64,000 nt of DNA, taken from Granulicella sp. GTDB taxonomy: Bacteria > Acidobacteriota > Terriglobia > Terriglobales > Acidobacteriaceae. Below are positions 63,581-64,000 of this stretch, piece after piece. Location of the stretch: positions 29,733-93,732 of the forward strand of contig DAHWNL010000009.1 of NCBI GenBank assembly GCA_027339965.1, written 5' to 3'. A model generated the notes under the pieces. It did not search any database. It was not told the DNA's origin and saw only the letters and a program-made list of their open reading frames with translations. Position 1 is the stretch's first letter. Each line of letters begins with the position of its first letter. Position numbers and translations under genes: made by a program.

Positions 63581-63715
63581 TGCACCGAACTGCACGATTC
63601 TGCACTGTGATGCATAAGTAGCTTTTGATCATATACATATAAACTTCCTCTCCTGCAGCGCGCTGCACGAGCCCGCACGGAACTCCAAAACAAAGTATCA
63701 CCAGAAGTATCACCA
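63581..63715. repeat. 10-bp-phased TGCAC repeats plus an 11-bp direct repeat pair (RDF/Xis- and integrase arm-type site candidates)
   Basis: tgcac/tgcat at 63581, 63591, 63601, 63611; tgcag/tgcac/cgcac at 63654, 63664, 63674; aagtatcacca-g-aagtatcacca at 63693-63715. Confidence 0.65.
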
Positions 63716-64000
63716 ACTTCAAGTTGAAATCTTCGATGACACCCGTTGCCGATGATGACCAGGATGGCATGGAAGTGGTCGCCGGTGGGAGATGGACACA
63801 TGCGCTTTTCCAAGCTCGGTCAAGCAAATAAATGGGGCACAAGACCGTTCTTAAATATCCACCTTGCCGGCTAAACGATAACGGTCTACCCTTTCGTTAT
63901 CGAAAATTCAACGAAAGGACTTCGTGCCAGACACCGACAACACCGCCCGGCAAGGGCGATACGTTGCCAAGCAGCTCCAGGGCGAGACGGTGCGAGCCTT

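Noticed and set aside
63508..63600. Functional tRNA-Leu gene
   Set aside because: The D arm and 5' acceptor strand are absent and the T stem has a mismatch; treated as an att core.

Overview
Bacterial chromosomal window, most consistent with Acidobacteriota (Terriglobales-like); this is inferred from the TonB-dependent receptor architecture, Tat-exported glycoside hydrolases and gene content, not from a database search. From left to right it contains: (1) an accessory sugar-utilisation locus on the minus strand (TonB-dependent receptor, Tat sulfatase, 5' end of a GH106-like hydrolase missed by the ORF track) and a decayed transposase; (2) thiG, a GH89 alpha-N-acetylglucosaminidase next to an HGSNAT-like membrane acetyltransferase, a DUF3592-like gene and a prepilin peptidase; (3) a complex I operon nuoA-C-D-(orf)-E-F-G-H-J-K-L-M-N lacking nuoB and nuoI; (4) a GH79/GH43 islet; (5) housekeeping genes polA, queA, glmM and xseA, a receiver-domain protein, a GMC oxidoreductase and a PLP-dependent basic amino acid decarboxylase; (6) a BtuB-like receptor under a cobalamin riboswitch, and qor; (7) an envelope-modification cluster (asnB-like, ArnT/GT-C, UDP-sulfoquinovose synthase) convergent with an hpnI-like gene; (8) an ISAs1 remnant and an integrase attachment site built on the 3' part of tRNA-Leu(TAA). 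The most unusual element is an unannotated minus-strand unit of about 265 nt at 13637-13936: a sigma70-like promoter, an extended 16S-tail-complementary Shine-Dalgarno, a 17-codon ORF, a structured 3' region and a perfect 18-bp hairpin. Several genes also show a leaderless-promoter signature. All protein assignments come from motif recognition only.
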